Of a DNA stretch of 64,000 nucleotides, positions 27,953 through 37,850 are shown one piece after another (position 1 is the first letter of the stretch; each line of letters begins with the position of its first letter). This DNA is from a virus. The notes under the pieces are model-generated. The model did not search any database and was not told the DNA's origin. It worked only from the letters and a program-made list of their open reading frames with translations. The stretch spans positions 22,962-86,961 of IMG/VR virus record IMGVR_UViG_3300028026_000005. The stretch is one strand, 5' to 3'. The position numbers and the translations under genes are program-made.

Positions 27953-29899
27953 ATGTCAGGTAGCTACTTAACCCAACGAGAGAATATAGGTCCTACGGAG
28001 AATGCCCCGCACGTACAGATCTTAAAAAGACTAATAGATGAACCGGGCCCTCAAAATTTCAGAAAACTGATGAAGACTTGCCGTGAACTGATAGTAAGTA
28101 ATGACATTATAGGCCCATCGATTTATAAAATTGCCCAATATGGGGCTACAGATATCATAATTGTTGGGGAAAATGATATTGATGATCTTTTAGACAATTA
28201 CTCTGATAAAGAGTCGGAAGAGTCTGCGGAGCAAAAACAAAAACTTAAGAAGAAGAAAAAGATCATTGAAAGATTCAAGAAAGTTCTCAAAGAACTTAAC
28301 CCGCGTAGAATGTTGTTGGAATTAGGGATTGATTTTACTGGGAGTGGAAACGCGATACTTACTCCTGCGCAAAGATTTACGCGACACCTTATATGCAAGA
28401 AAACAGGTTATGTTGCTCCAATTCAGAATTTCAAAGAATACAAATGGGATATGAACAAACAGTCCTTTGAGGCTAAGTGTCCTCAGTGCAAATCATGGCA
28501 TCGATTTGAAGTACTAGATTCTGTGGAAAAGGATAAGTTTTATTTGGTTCGGTGGGATTTGACAAAAATCGACATGGAAACCAACCCTATTACCCAGAAT
28601 ATAGTATACTACTACAATCCCCCTAGTACATTCAGAAAGATCTTAGAGGAAGGCAAGCCACACAAATTTCTCGAAGAGACTCCACTTGAAATACTTGAAA
28701 CTGCTAGTAAGAATAAAAAGTTTATACTAAAAGATGCAGCTCACTTAAAACGGGCTGCACCAAACGGCTTTCCAGGGTTTGGCGTCCCAGTTATTCTCCC
28801 CGCTATTCGCTTATTAGCCTTCCGAGAGCTCTTATTTAAGGAGCAGGAAGCGATTGCGCTCGACTACATATTGCCTTTACGTGTTTTATTCCCAACGGTA
28901 GCCGAAGGGGCTGTTGGAGACGTTACGAGCAATACGGACCTTAGACTTTGGAGGCAAATGGTAGAGAAGGGGGTTTCTCAGTGGCGGAAAGACCCTCTGT
29001 ACATTTTATTCCTCCCGTTTCCTATAGGACAAGAACAGTTTGGTGGAAACGGTAACAATATGTTCGTAACGCCTGTATTGGAATTTGTAACCAGACAGGT
29101 TATCGCAGCAATTGGGATGCCGCAGGATTTCCACTATGGAAGAGGAACCTTCTCTGGAACTTTAGTAAATATGCGACTCTTTGAAAATTTCGGCGCCAAT
29201 TTCAACAATGAAGTTGAGCGATTCCTGAATGACACTCTTGTCCCAAAGCTTTTGAGATTAATGGGCGTTAACGATCCTGACGTTGAAATAACTTTGAAAA
29301 TCAAACAACCTAAGACAGCTGACGATTTACAGAAAAAAACTATGCTAGCCAACCTCGCTGCGGCGAACAAGCTTTCTAATACGACACTTTTCAAAGAACT
29401 TGGGTTAAATTTCAAAGATGAGCAGGCGAATATTCTAAGAGAGCTGAAAGTTGGAGAGAAGATTGCTTTAGAACAAGCGAAAGCAGCTGGAAAACAACAA
29501 GCAGCAAGTGAAAGCGGGTACAAAGAGGAACAGGTTGGAGAATTAACGGAACAGATGCAAGCCTTTCCAGTGGCATTGATGTTAGCAAAGTACACTCAGC
29601 AGCTATTGGAGATGAATCGAGAAGAAGCTACTCAACAGCTTAAAGCAATAAAGGAATACGCACCTCAACTTGCGGATACTCTTGAAAACCTATGGGGTAT
29701 TGCTACCGATTCCCAGATGGGCGAACTTTTAATGAAAGCAAGGACTACTCAAGAGTTCACTCAGCTAGTGACCCAAATGAGTGGAGGTGTACCTGGTACC
29801 CAGATAGGTGCACCGCAGGCAACACCACCTAGCCAAGGGGTAAACACAAACCCTTTACCTAATCAGAGGCCTCCAAGAACGCCAAATTCAACAATATAG
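27953..29899 (+). CDS. Portal protein
   Basis: 648 aa, AGGAGG RBS; portal-like helical succession (GVPVILPAIR, LPLRVLFP, IAAIGMPQDF, LANLAAANKLSNTTLFKELGLNFKDE) with a CKK..CPQC insertion. Confidence 0.65.
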   Translation: MSGSYLTQRENIGPTENAPHVQILKRLIDEPGPQNFRKLMKTCRELIVSNDIIGPSIYKIAQYGATDIIIVGENDIDDLLDNYSDKESEESAEQKQKLKKKKKIIERFKKVLKELNPRRMLLELGIDFTGSGNAILTPAQRFTRHLICKKTGYVAPIQNFKEYKWDMNKQSFEAKCPQCKSWHRFEVLDSVEKDKFYLVRWDLTKIDMETNPITQNIVYYYNPPSTFRKILEEGKPHKFLEETPLEILETASKNKKFILKDAAHLKRAAPNGFPGFGVPVILPAIRLLAFRELLFKEQEAIALDYILPLRVLFPTVAEGAVGDVTSNTDLRLWRQMVEKGVSQWRKDPLYILFLPFPIGQEQFGGNGNNMFVTPVLEFVTRQVIAAIGMPQDFHYGRGTFSGTLVNMRLFENFGANFNNEVERFLNDTLVPKLLRLMGVNDPDVEITLKIKQPKTADDLQKKTMLANLAAANKLSNTTLFKELGLNFKDEQANILRELKVGEKIALEQAKAAGKQQAASESGYKEEQVGELTEQMQAFPVALMLAKYTQQLLEMNREEATQQLKAIKEYAPQLADTLENLWGIATDSQMGELLMKARTTQEFTQLVTQMSGGVPGTQIGAPQATPPSQGVNTNPLPNQRPPRTPNSTI

Positions 29900-29911
29900 G
29901 AGGAAGAAGAG

Positions 29912-30391
29912 TTGGCTGATAAAACAAAAGACAACAATGGAAATTTTGCGGGATCTCCTTTAGTTGAGGATGATTTCAAGCGCTTTCAAGACGTTTCTAG
30001 TCAAAACAAAAAACTTAGAAGCGTATTAAACAAGCATGATGGGCCTTCTGTCTCTAGGGTTGTGCCTGCTGGCAGCCCTGCAGGCATTACAGATATACCT
30101 GACAGGTTGAGATACCGCACAATTTCTTGGAAGATACGTAACAAGAGAGATGCCCGCAGGTTTGATAAAGAGCTTGCTGAGGTGATTAATTCTTCTAGGC
30201 ATATTGGAGAAAGTTGGAGACAGTGGCTTTTTGAAAAGGAGATTGTCAAAACGCTTTTTGGTTCATATTTGCATATTGTGATTTCTTTTTCTCAACCTGA
30301 CGAGGAAAGATTGAATCAAGACTTATGGAGAGCCAAGTTGGCACGCGATATTACTGCTGATGAAGAGCGGAAAGAGGCTACTGATGGCTAA
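29912..30391 (+). CDS. Hypothetical protein translationally coupled to the RNA polymerase gene
   Basis: AGGAGG RBS; its stop overlaps the probable RNAP start ATG at 30384. Confidence 0.6.
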   Translation: MADKTKDNNGNFAGSPLVEDDFKRFQDVSSQNKKLRSVLNKHDGPSVSRVVPAGSPAGITDIPDRLRYRTISWKIRNKRDARRFDKELAEVINSSRHIGESWRQWLFEKEIVKTLFGSYLHIVISFSQPDEERLNQDLWRAKLARDITADEERKEATDG

Positions 30392-33300
30392 GCCGTGGGA
30401 AGATGATATCTTTGGCTTCAATGACGGCTTAGTTAATAATCCAGAGTATCTTAATCATGTAACTCAGCAGATCAGTCAGGTATTTCCGGTGCAAGTAGGA
30501 GAAAGAGAACTTGTTCTTGAAAATATCGAAGTTCAATCTCCTGAAGCAGCTGAGGACAACATAGATAAGCAGAAAAAAGCTAAATTAAACGGCCAAACGT
30601 ATTCCCATAGAGTAGTGGGAACCCTTGCGTTAAAGGAGAACGGTAAGACAATCGAACGCAAGCGAACAAAATTAGTGGATGTCCCTGTGGTTACCCGCAG
30701 GGGCACAGTTCTAGTCGACGGTTCCGAATACTCTGTCCCATATCTACAGCGAACAAAGCCTGGGGTTTACACTTTGCAAAAAGATGATGGGTCTGTGGCA
30801 ACCAGGTTTAATTTAGGATGGGGAAAGAACTTTTGGATATCTACAGGCGAAAATAATATCGTCCAGTTTAACGTTGGAGCTCGCAAGATACCAGCTATGC
30901 CGGTGTTAAAAAGGCTTGGTGTTTCAGAAGGACAACTCAAAACAGTGTTCGGGAAAGCGTTGTATGATATTAACTCTCGCAAGACTGCTGGCCGTAACGG
31001 AAACTTGGCTTTTTTGCGATTTCATGACTCGTTAATAACTGATTCTCGAAAAAACGGTGAAGTTGACCCAAGGAAAGCGTATGACAACCTGATGGAGTAT
31101 TTTGCTAAAACAAAAGTGGACCCAGAAGTAACAAAAAGAACTTTAGGAGCCAAATTCAGCTCACTTTCTCCTAAAGCCTTGTTGTTAGCTATGCAAAAAT
31201 TTGTCAATGTCACCAAGGGCGCAGATAAACCTGACGGCGACACTGATCTGTCGTTTAAGTCAATACATAGCCCCGCTGAGATGCTTGGAGAGCGGCTTGG
31301 CCTGGCTTCTAAGCAAATTAAGCGCAAGTTTGCTTTTAGGTTAAAAACAAAACCTACCATTAACGAAATATTTGATAGAAAGCAATTGCAAAAGCCAATT
31401 CGCTCTTTCTTTACTCAAACTAGAATTTCAGGTCTTTCTGAAGATGTCAATCCAATTGGTTTACTGTCTTCTATGGAACGATTAACCTCATTTGGAGAGG
31501 GCGGCATTACAGATATTGACCAGATTCCGATGAGGATGAGATTGCTCGAAAAAAGCCAGTTTGGCTATGTTGACCCACTGTATACTACTGAAGGAGCTAA
31601 AAAGGTTGGAATTAATCTTCATGTTGCTCCAATTAATTTGGGCGTGAATAACGGTTCTCTGCAACTGTTGACTAGAGATAGAAAAACAGGACGAAGGACA
31701 GTATTGTCTCCGGCGGAAGCTCAGCGAGCCATCATCGCTACTAGAGAGCAGCTACGAAACGTCCCTGCTGACGGTAAAGTTTTAGCGATGATTGGCGGCA
31801 ATGTTCCAAAAAAAGTCTCAGTGAATAAGGTTACGCACACTATTCCTGCAGCTTCACTATATAACCATACTACATTATTGATTCCATTCCTGTCGCACAA
31901 CGCAGGGCAAAGGGCTATGATGGGCGACAAAATGTTAACCCAAGCAGTTCCATTAAAACACCGAGAAAAACCTTTAGTCGCCAGCGCTGCTAGTAAGGAT
32001 GTCTCTTGGGATGAAATAGTTGGGAAAAGATTTACTACGCTGAGTGGTAGATTGCCAAAAGGGGAGAAGTCCACGAAATTTAAGGTGGTTAATGTTGGAA
32101 AAAAATTAATTCAATTACAGTCAGTATCTGGAGACAAAAAGATTTTCTCTTTTCCAATCCACCGTAATTATCCGTTAGCGGAGGGTTCATTTATTGACGC
32201 AAAGCCAACTGTCTCCCCTGGAGATGTTGTAACAAAAGATGATCCGTTGATTGAGCTTAACTTTACTAAAGACGGAGGTTTGGCGCTAGGCACAAATCTG
32301 CGTACAGCGTATCTGCCTCACAAGGGCTACACTTTTAAGGATGGCGTAGTTATCTCTCAAAGTGCAGCAAAGAAGCTTACTTCAATGCATCTGCATAAAG
32401 TGAGTTTACCCCTCTCTCCGACCACTGAAATTTCTAAAAGTAAAGCTCGAGCCCTATTCCCGACCCACGCTCAGGAATTTAACGCAGAACACTTAGATGA
32501 CAATGGCGTGGTTAAGCCTGGTAGCACAATAACCCCAGGATCAATTTTAGTTGCTGCCGTTAGCCAAGGTGTACCAACCACAGAAGATATTCTTTTAGGC
32601 AACTTGAGCCATAAATTAAAGAACCCGCACAAGAACAGTACGTTGTTTTGGGACGAGGAAGTGCCTGGGAAGGTTGTTGACTTAGTAAAGAGGAAGGATA
32701 GTCTTGATATTTATATTCGGACAGAGGAGCCCGCTCAAGTTGGAGACAAGCTTTGTGTAGTAGGGGATACCTGTGTGTTAACTCCTGGTGGTTGGATTCC
32801 TATTGCTGAACTATCAACTGTCGATTCTGTAGCTATTTTAGACAAAACTCGCACAAAGGTAATATTTGAATATCCACAAAAGCGGCACAAGTATTTTAAG
32901 CCGACGATCGAAGAAGAAAGCTGGGTGCTTGACGGCGTGTATGTAAACCAGGAGTTTTCCGACAAGCATAGGATTTTTGCTGCAATAGACAAGGACGCTA
33001 CTGAAATTGATTTCGATTTACACATGATAAGCAAAGAAGACAACCCTGGCAAACTGTGGAATACAGTTTATCTTGGCGCTCTTGACTGGCCAGCCTTGCT
33101 TCAGCCGTCCGAGTTAGACAAAGATCGGCATAGATATGCCCCTAAGAGCAAATTAGAGTTTTCAGTTTTTTGGAAACTGGCACTTCTTGTTGCTATGGAT
33201 GGAGAAAGACGGGAAGATGTTCTTATTATTAAGAAGAGGCCAGAACATACCCCATGTCTCGAGAAGGGAACCACTGACTTGCTAGAAAAAGCTTTCGGAA

Positions 33301-36300
33301 ACGACTTTACGAATCATGACGACGGCTTTTACATCGACGTTAAACACCCTTGCATGACAGATATATTAAAGCACTGCGGAACTGCCCAAGGTTCAAGGTC
33401 GTTAAAGGCTCCTCAGTGGCTGCTTACTTTGCCAACAGACTTCTTGGCGGAGATGTTCGTCTGGATTGGTATCCTGAACATGGTTTCGCCAGGGAACAGT
33501 CAACACGAACTTAAAGTTAGTGAAAAAAATAAAAAGACAGCAGAATGGTTAATCGAGCTAGCTTTCAAATTAGGTTGGGCTGCTAAAATAGAAGATGGCG
33601 ATAGCGCTTTAAGGGTAGTAGTTACTCAAAACCCAGCAGATTCGGATAAATTAGCCCGTCTCCGGCAAGTTAAGGATAGTAAAGCCTTTTACGGCTTAAC
33701 TGTATCAAGCGGCATCTTTCTCACAAAAAGAAATGGGAAAATTTCATTTACTGGAAACTCTGGTAGGTATGGCAATAAATCTATTATTACAAAGATCGTT
33801 CCAGATGACAAAATACCGTACACTGTCGATGAAAATGGAGACAAGCACGCTATCGATTTATTGTTCAGCCCATTAAGTGTAATCACCCGAGGTAACCCTG
33901 GACAAATCTTCGAAACCATTGGTGGTAAGGTAGCTAAAAAATTAGGCACACAGTATCTGGCGCAGAATTTTTCCGGCAGAGACCCTATTAAGGATCTCAA
34001 GCTGGCAATGAAAGCTGCAGATGTTTCTGATAAAGAAATTGTCTACGACCCTGAGACTGGGAACAAACTAGAAAATAAAGTTTTGGTGGGCGAACAGTAT
34101 GTGCTCAAATTGAAACATCTTATTCGAAAAAAGTTTGCAGCGAGAGGTGGTAGCGCAGGATATGATGAGAACATGCAACCTCTCGGAGGTCTCTCTGGTG
34201 GGGCGCAGAGCCTTGATTATCAAAGTATAATGGCGTTATTGACTCATGGGGCTGAAAACGTTTTACAGGAAGCTATGACGCATAAAAGCGAATGGAGCCC
34301 AGAGTTTTGGCAGGCCGTGAAAACAGGGCAGCTTACTCCTCGAGGGAAGCCTACGTTTGCTTATCGTAAGTTTTTGGCTCACCTTAAAGGATTAGGGCTA
34401 ACGATACATGAACCTAAAAAGGGAGAGAAGTTCCTGCAGCCGATGACAGACTCGGAAATACTTAAATTGTCTGGTGGAGCAATAGAAGATCCTGCCGTAA
34501 TGGTTAGAGCTAAGGATTTAGCTCCTATCAAAGGAGGTCTTTTTGATAGAGCTATCACAGGAGGAACCAGAGGAGGCAATTGGTCGCACATCCCTTTAAG
34601 TGAACCGACACCAAATCCAATCTTTGAGTCCGGGATCAAACGCCTTCTCGGCTTAACGCAATCGCAATTTGATAATTTAGTAAGCGGGAAAACAAAAGTA
34701 ACAACAGATGGACAGGTAGTGCCTTCAGAGCAAGAAGGTGGAGGGATCATCGGTGGTGCAGCCATAGAATATCTGTTATCTAGAATAGATGTTGACGACG
34801 CCCTTGAGAAGACCAAGAAGCAACTGCTTTCAGCGCCGAAAAGTAAAATTGGGATACTTTCTAATAAGTTAAGGTACTTGCATGGGCTCAAGAAAGCGAA
34901 ACATAAACCTACCGATTGGATGCTGCATAATTTACCAGTATTGCCTCCAAAATTTAGGCCTGTCTACCCGTTGGAGTCAGGAGATCTTAATTCATCTCCA
35001 ATAAATTACGGATATCAGGGCGTTGGGCATATTAACAGGCAACTTCGTAACGCACCCTTGCTAGAGGCAGACCCTGAACTTGCAACTAAGCTTAGGGCTG
35101 ATTTATATAAATCGACAAAAGCCTTGATGGGGCTAGGTGAGCCTACGGTAGGGATATTAGGTTCTAAGGGTACTCAAGCGCAATGGAGGGGCATCCTTGA
35201 TATAGTCGCCGGGACATCTCCTAAAAAAGGATATTTCCAAAGCAAGCTACTAAAGAGAAGGCAAGATTTATCCGCTCGCTCAACAATAGGGTTAGAGCCA
35301 GATATTCCACTCGATCACGTCGCCCTTCCGGTGGATATGGCTAAAACGCTTTATGAGCCATTTGTGTTGCGAGATCTCCGTAAGCAAGGAGTCGGTTTCC
35401 TTGACGGCAAAAAGCTGCTTAATAGCAATGACCCGATGGCAATCCGAACATTGCAACGCATTATGGATGATCACCCAGTTATAATGAATAGGGCACCAGT
35501 TCTTTATAAGTTTGGCATCATGGCTATGAAACCCAGATTAACTACTGGAAAGCAGATAAAACTGCATCCTCTGGTAACGATTGGGTTTAATGCTGATTAT
35601 GACGGAGATACAATGGCGGTTTATGTTCCCGTTACCAAAAAGGCTATTGAAGACGCTAAGAGAATGTTGCCTAGCGCCAACCTCACAAAACCAGGCAACC
35701 CGACAAGGCCGATACTTGAGCCAGAGGAGGATTTGCTAGTAGGGCTTTATATGGGTACCAAACTAGGTAAGGATTCCGGTAAAACATTTGCTTCCCCACA
35801 AGAGGCTATAAAAGAGTTTAACAGAGGGGATTTGGAACGAGACGCTGTTATACGCCTAAAAGATGATATGGGTAAAATTAGAGAAACTACCCCGGGCCGA
35901 TTGATGCTTGAAAAAAATCTTCCGCAAGGAATTACGATTGATGGTCCACTAAACTCTAAAAGCATTAGCTCTTTAATAATGAAAATAAACCAAGCAGCTC
36001 CGAATAGTTTAGCTAAATCTTTAGATGCTATCGTAAGGCATGGGGCCGATTGGGCATACAAGACAGGATTTTCAATCGGACTTGACGATTTTGTTGTAGA
36101 CAGCAAGGTTGAAAACGCTTTCACTAAAATATTAAAGGATAAAAGCGTTACGCCAGATGAACGCAAATCTAAAGTAGAAGAGTTACTAATGGGGCATTTA
36201 CCAAGGACAAATTCTTTGTACATACAGGCTATAAGCGGCTCTAGGGGTAAGCCATCTCAGATTAGACAGCTACTTGCTGGAATAGGTGGCGTACCTGGCG

Positions 36301-37517
36301 AAAGTGGGGAAATAATCGACCTTGGGACTAACAACTTAACAAAAGGTCTAGATCCAGTTTCGCATTTTGCAGCTCAATACGGCAGCAGGCAAGCTGTGAT
36401 AGCCAAGTCTCTTCAAACTAGTATGCCAGGGGAGTCTGCAAAGGTTGCCGTAGCGGCAATGCTACCGTTTCGCATAGTCCCAGACAACAAGTCCGATGGA
36501 GACCCTGGTATCCCATTATCTATTAAAAACAATGATATTGTCGGAAGGTATCTGGCAGAGCCTGTCAATGTAGGCGGTAAGACTATACCGCAAAACACAT
36601 TAATCACACCAGATCTCGTAGAAACACTTAAGGTCGCAAAGCATAAGAGCGTCAAGGTAAGATCGCCGCTTACAGATAGAACTGTAGGAGGTGTTACGGC
36701 TAAATCTTTCGGTCTTCGTGAAGATGAGCGGATTCCGCAAGAAGGCGAGAATGTTGGTGTATTGGCTGCGCAGACAATGTCCGAGCCTTTGACTCAGATG
36801 ACACTTGCCAGTTTCCATAGCGGAGAAAAAGAGCATAAAGGATTCCCGGCCATAGCTGAACTGCTAAGCACTAGCGTAGGGTCTAAACCTGCGGAGTTGG
36901 CGCCTATCTCTGGTAAGGCTAAGGTCGTCAAGTATAGAGATGGCGGAGGGATTATCTCTGTTGGACAATACCAAGTAGATATCCCGCCAGGAACAAACAT
37001 TTTAGTTAAAGATGGACAAACAGTTTCACGTGGTGATAAGTTGTCAACTGGAAAAATAAACTTTAATCACATGATAAAACTTAAGGGAGTAATCCCTACA
37101 AGGATATACTTAGCAGACAAGCTAGCTAAGGCCTATCAGGATGCTGGCGTAAAGATCAGTAGGCGTTATCTGGAGACAATAGTTAGGCAGATGACTAATT
37201 TTGGAGAGATAGAACATCTTCCAGAAAGCTTAATGGACGAGCTCGCTCCAGCAGATGTTGTGCCGCTTACTAAATTAGAAGCTTTATCGCAAAGACATCC
37301 TGGGCTTAAGTATAAACCGCTTGTACTAGGAATGACAGCTGTCCCTACTGCATACAAAGACTGGATGGACAGGCTGGGATATAGGAACTTGAAGCACGTA
37401 GTTCAGAGAAGTGCTCTCGAGGGTTGGTCATCTAAAGTGACTGGTGCAAATCCTATCGCAGCGTTGGTTGAGGGAATACCAGCGATCTCCTCATGGAACC
37501 CTCAAGAAGACGATTAG
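30384..37517 (+). CDS. rpoBC: Fused multisubunit RNA polymerase beta-beta' with intein
   Basis: beta motifs GTVLVDGSEY, LIPFLSHNAGQRAMMG..QAVP, GYTFKDGVVIS, GDKL/SGRYGNK, YVLKLKHL, QPLGG; beta' motifs GGLFD, LPVLPPKFRP, NRAPVL, catalytic NADYDGD (35589-35609), trigger loop AAQTMSEPLTQMTLASFH; no stop between subunits (junction ~34400-34440); track start 30360. Confidence 0.95.
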   Translation: MAKPWEDDIFGFNDGLVNNPEYLNHVTQQISQVFPVQVGERELVLENIEVQSPEAAEDNIDKQKKAKLNGQTYSHRVVGTLALKENGKTIERKRTKLVDVPVVTRRGTVLVDGSEYSVPYLQRTKPGVYTLQKDDGSVATRFNLGWGKNFWISTGENNIVQFNVGARKIPAMPVLKRLGVSEGQLKTVFGKALYDINSRKTAGRNGNLAFLRFHDSLITDSRKNGEVDPRKAYDNLMEYFAKTKVDPEVTKRTLGAKFSSLSPKALLLAMQKFVNVTKGADKPDGDTDLSFKSIHSPAEMLGERLGLASKQIKRKFAFRLKTKPTINEIFDRKQLQKPIRSFFTQTRISGLSEDVNPIGLLSSMERLTSFGEGGITDIDQIPMRMRLLEKSQFGYVDPLYTTEGAKKVGINLHVAPINLGVNNGSLQLLTRDRKTGRRTVLSPAEAQRAIIATREQLRNVPADGKVLAMIGGNVPKKVSVNKVTHTIPAASLYNHTTLLIPFLSHNAGQRAMMGDKMLTQAVPLKHREKPLVASAASKDVSWDEIVGKRFTTLSGRLPKGEKSTKFKVVNVGKKLIQLQSVSGDKKIFSFPIHRNYPLAEGSFIDAKPTVSPGDVVTKDDPLIELNFTKDGGLALGTNLRTAYLPHKGYTFKDGVVISQSAAKKLTSMHLHKVSLPLSPTTEISKSKARALFPTHAQEFNAEHLDDNGVVKPGSTITPGSILVAAVSQGVPTTEDILLGNLSHKLKNPHKNSTLFWDEEVPGKVVDLVKRKDSLDIYIRTEEPAQVGDKLCVVGDTCVLTPGGWIPIAELSTVDSVAILDKTRTKVIFEYPQKRHKYFKPTIEEESWVLDGVYVNQEFSDKHRIFAAIDKDATEIDFDLHMISKEDNPGKLWNTVYLGALDWPALLQPSELDKDRHRYAPKSKLEFSVFWKLALLVAMDGERREDVLIIKKRPEHTPCLEKGTTDLLEKAFGNDFTNHDDGFYIDVKHPCMTDILKHCGTAQGSRSLKAPQWLLTLPTDFLAEMFVWIGILNMVSPGNSQHELKVSEKNKKTAEWLIELAFKLGWAAKIEDGDSALRVVVTQNPADSDKLARLRQVKDSKAFYGLTVSSGIFLTKRNGKISFTGNSGRYGNKSIITKIVPDDKIPYTVDENGDKHAIDLLFSPLSVITRGNPGQIFETIGGKVAKKLGTQYLAQNFSGRDPIKDLKLAMKAADVSDKEIVYDPETGNKLENKVLVGEQYVLKLKHLIRKKFAARGGSAGYDENMQPLGGLSGGAQSLDYQSIMALLTHGAENVLQEAMTHKSEWSPEFWQAVKTGQLTPRGKPTFAYRKFLAHLKGLGLTIHEPKKGEKFLQPMTDSEILKLSGGAIEDPAVMVRAKDLAPIKGGLFDRAITGGTRGGNWSHIPLSEPTPNPIFESGIKRLLGLTQSQFDNLVSGKTKVTTDGQVVPSEQEGGGIIGGAAIEYLLSRIDVDDALEKTKKQLLSAPKSKIGILSNKLRYLHGLKKAKHKPTDWMLHNLPVLPPKFRPVYPLESGDLNSSPINYGYQGVGHINRQLRNAPLLEADPELATKLRADLYKSTKALMGLGEPTVGILGSKGTQAQWRGILDIVAGTSPKKGYFQSKLLKRRQDLSARSTIGLEPDIPLDHVALPVDMAKTLYEPFVLRDLRKQGVGFLDGKKLLNSNDPMAIRTLQRIMDDHPVIMNRAPVLYKFGIMAMKPRLTTGKQIKLHPLVTIGFNADYDGDTMAVYVPVTKKAIEDAKRMLPSANLTKPGNPTRPILEPEEDLLVGLYMGTKLGKDSGKTFASPQEAIKEFNRGDLERDAVIRLKDDMGKIRETTPGRLMLEKNLPQGITIDGPLNSKSISSLIMKINQAAPNSLAKSLDAIVRHGADWAYKTGFSIGLDDFVVDSKVENAFTKILKDKSVTPDERKSKVEELLMGHLPRTNSLYIQAISGSRGKPSQIRQLLAGIGGVPGESGEIIDLGTNNLTKGLDPVSHFAAQYGSRQAVIAKSLQTSMPGESAKVAVAAMLPFRIVPDNKSDGDPGIPLSIKNNDIVGRYLAEPVNVGGKTIPQNTLITPDLVETLKVAKHKSVKVRSPLTDRTVGGVTAKSFGLREDERIPQEGENVGVLAAQTMSEPLTQMTLASFHSGEKEHKGFPAIAELLSTSVGSKPAELAPISGKAKVVKYRDGGGIISVGQYQVDIPPGTNILVKDGQTVSRGDKLSTGKINFNHMIKLKGVIPTRIYLADKLAKAYQDAGVKISRRYLETIVRQMTNFGEIEHLPESLMDELAPADVVPLTKLEALSQRHPGLKYKPLVLGMTAVPTAYKDWMDRLGYRNLKHVVQRSALEGWSSKVTGANPIAALVEGIPAISSWNPQEDD
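32754..33758 (+). mobile_element. Intein (335 aa) with probably degenerate LAGLIDADG endonuclease remnant
   Basis: Splits the beta motif GDKL|SGRYGNK; starts CVVGDT, ends FTGN, +1 Ser; internal LALLVAMDG and WLIELAFKLGW blocks. Confidence 0.9.
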
Positions 37518-37540
37518 CATAGGTATTGACAGGAGAAAAA

Positions 37541-37780
37541 ATGAAACTAAAGTTATGGACAAAGTGGTGGGAATGGGTTGTCGCAGGAGTTTTATGGGCT
37601 ATAGTTGGCCACTTAGTGGCTGTGTACTGCACTTTAACAGCTATAACAGTACCTACTCTCGTCATAGGTAAAATTATTGGGCTAGCTATCGTTCTTTTGG
37701 GTGCAGTTTCAATCGTCATAGGTGTTGCTTTTTTTATGTCCAGTGTTAACAAATTAGTGGAGAAGATTAACAACCAGTAA
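37541..37780 (+). CDS. Small two-helix membrane protein
   Basis: AGGAG-aaaaa-ATG at 37541 (track start 37526); two long hydrophobic segments. Confidence 0.7.
   Translation: MKLKLWTKWWEWVVAGVLWAIVGHLVAVYCTLTAITVPTLVIGKIIGLAIVLLGAVSIVIGVAFFMSSVNKLVEKINNQ
37607..37622 (+). repeat. GCCAC-N3-GTGGC copy (GGCCACTTAGTGGCTG)
   Basis: Seen directly; 15/16 identical to the reverse complement of 38707-38722. Confidence 0.8.
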
Positions 37781-37800
37781 TCAACCATCCTTTTTCGCTC

Positions 37801-37842
37801 TGCGAGGCTTGATGTTTCTCTTTTGATTCTTCGAGCCTCGCA
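37801..37842. other. 12-bp stem-loop just upstream of the HUH promoter
   Basis: TGCGAGGCTTGA pairs with TCGAGCCTCGCA (one G-T pair). Confidence 0.7.
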
Positions 37843-37850
37843 CTAATTTC

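Noticed and set aside
33407-33422. GGCTCCTCAGTGGCTG inside the intein, 14/16 match to the dispersed palindrome (also weak variants at 10620, 12846 and 23544)
   Set aside because: Mismatches break the dyad symmetry and the sites are coding; not counted as motif copies.
37526-37531. TTGACA at the end of the RNAP gene as a promoter
   Set aside because: No acceptable -10 box at 16-18 nt; it overlaps the RBS of the small membrane gene.
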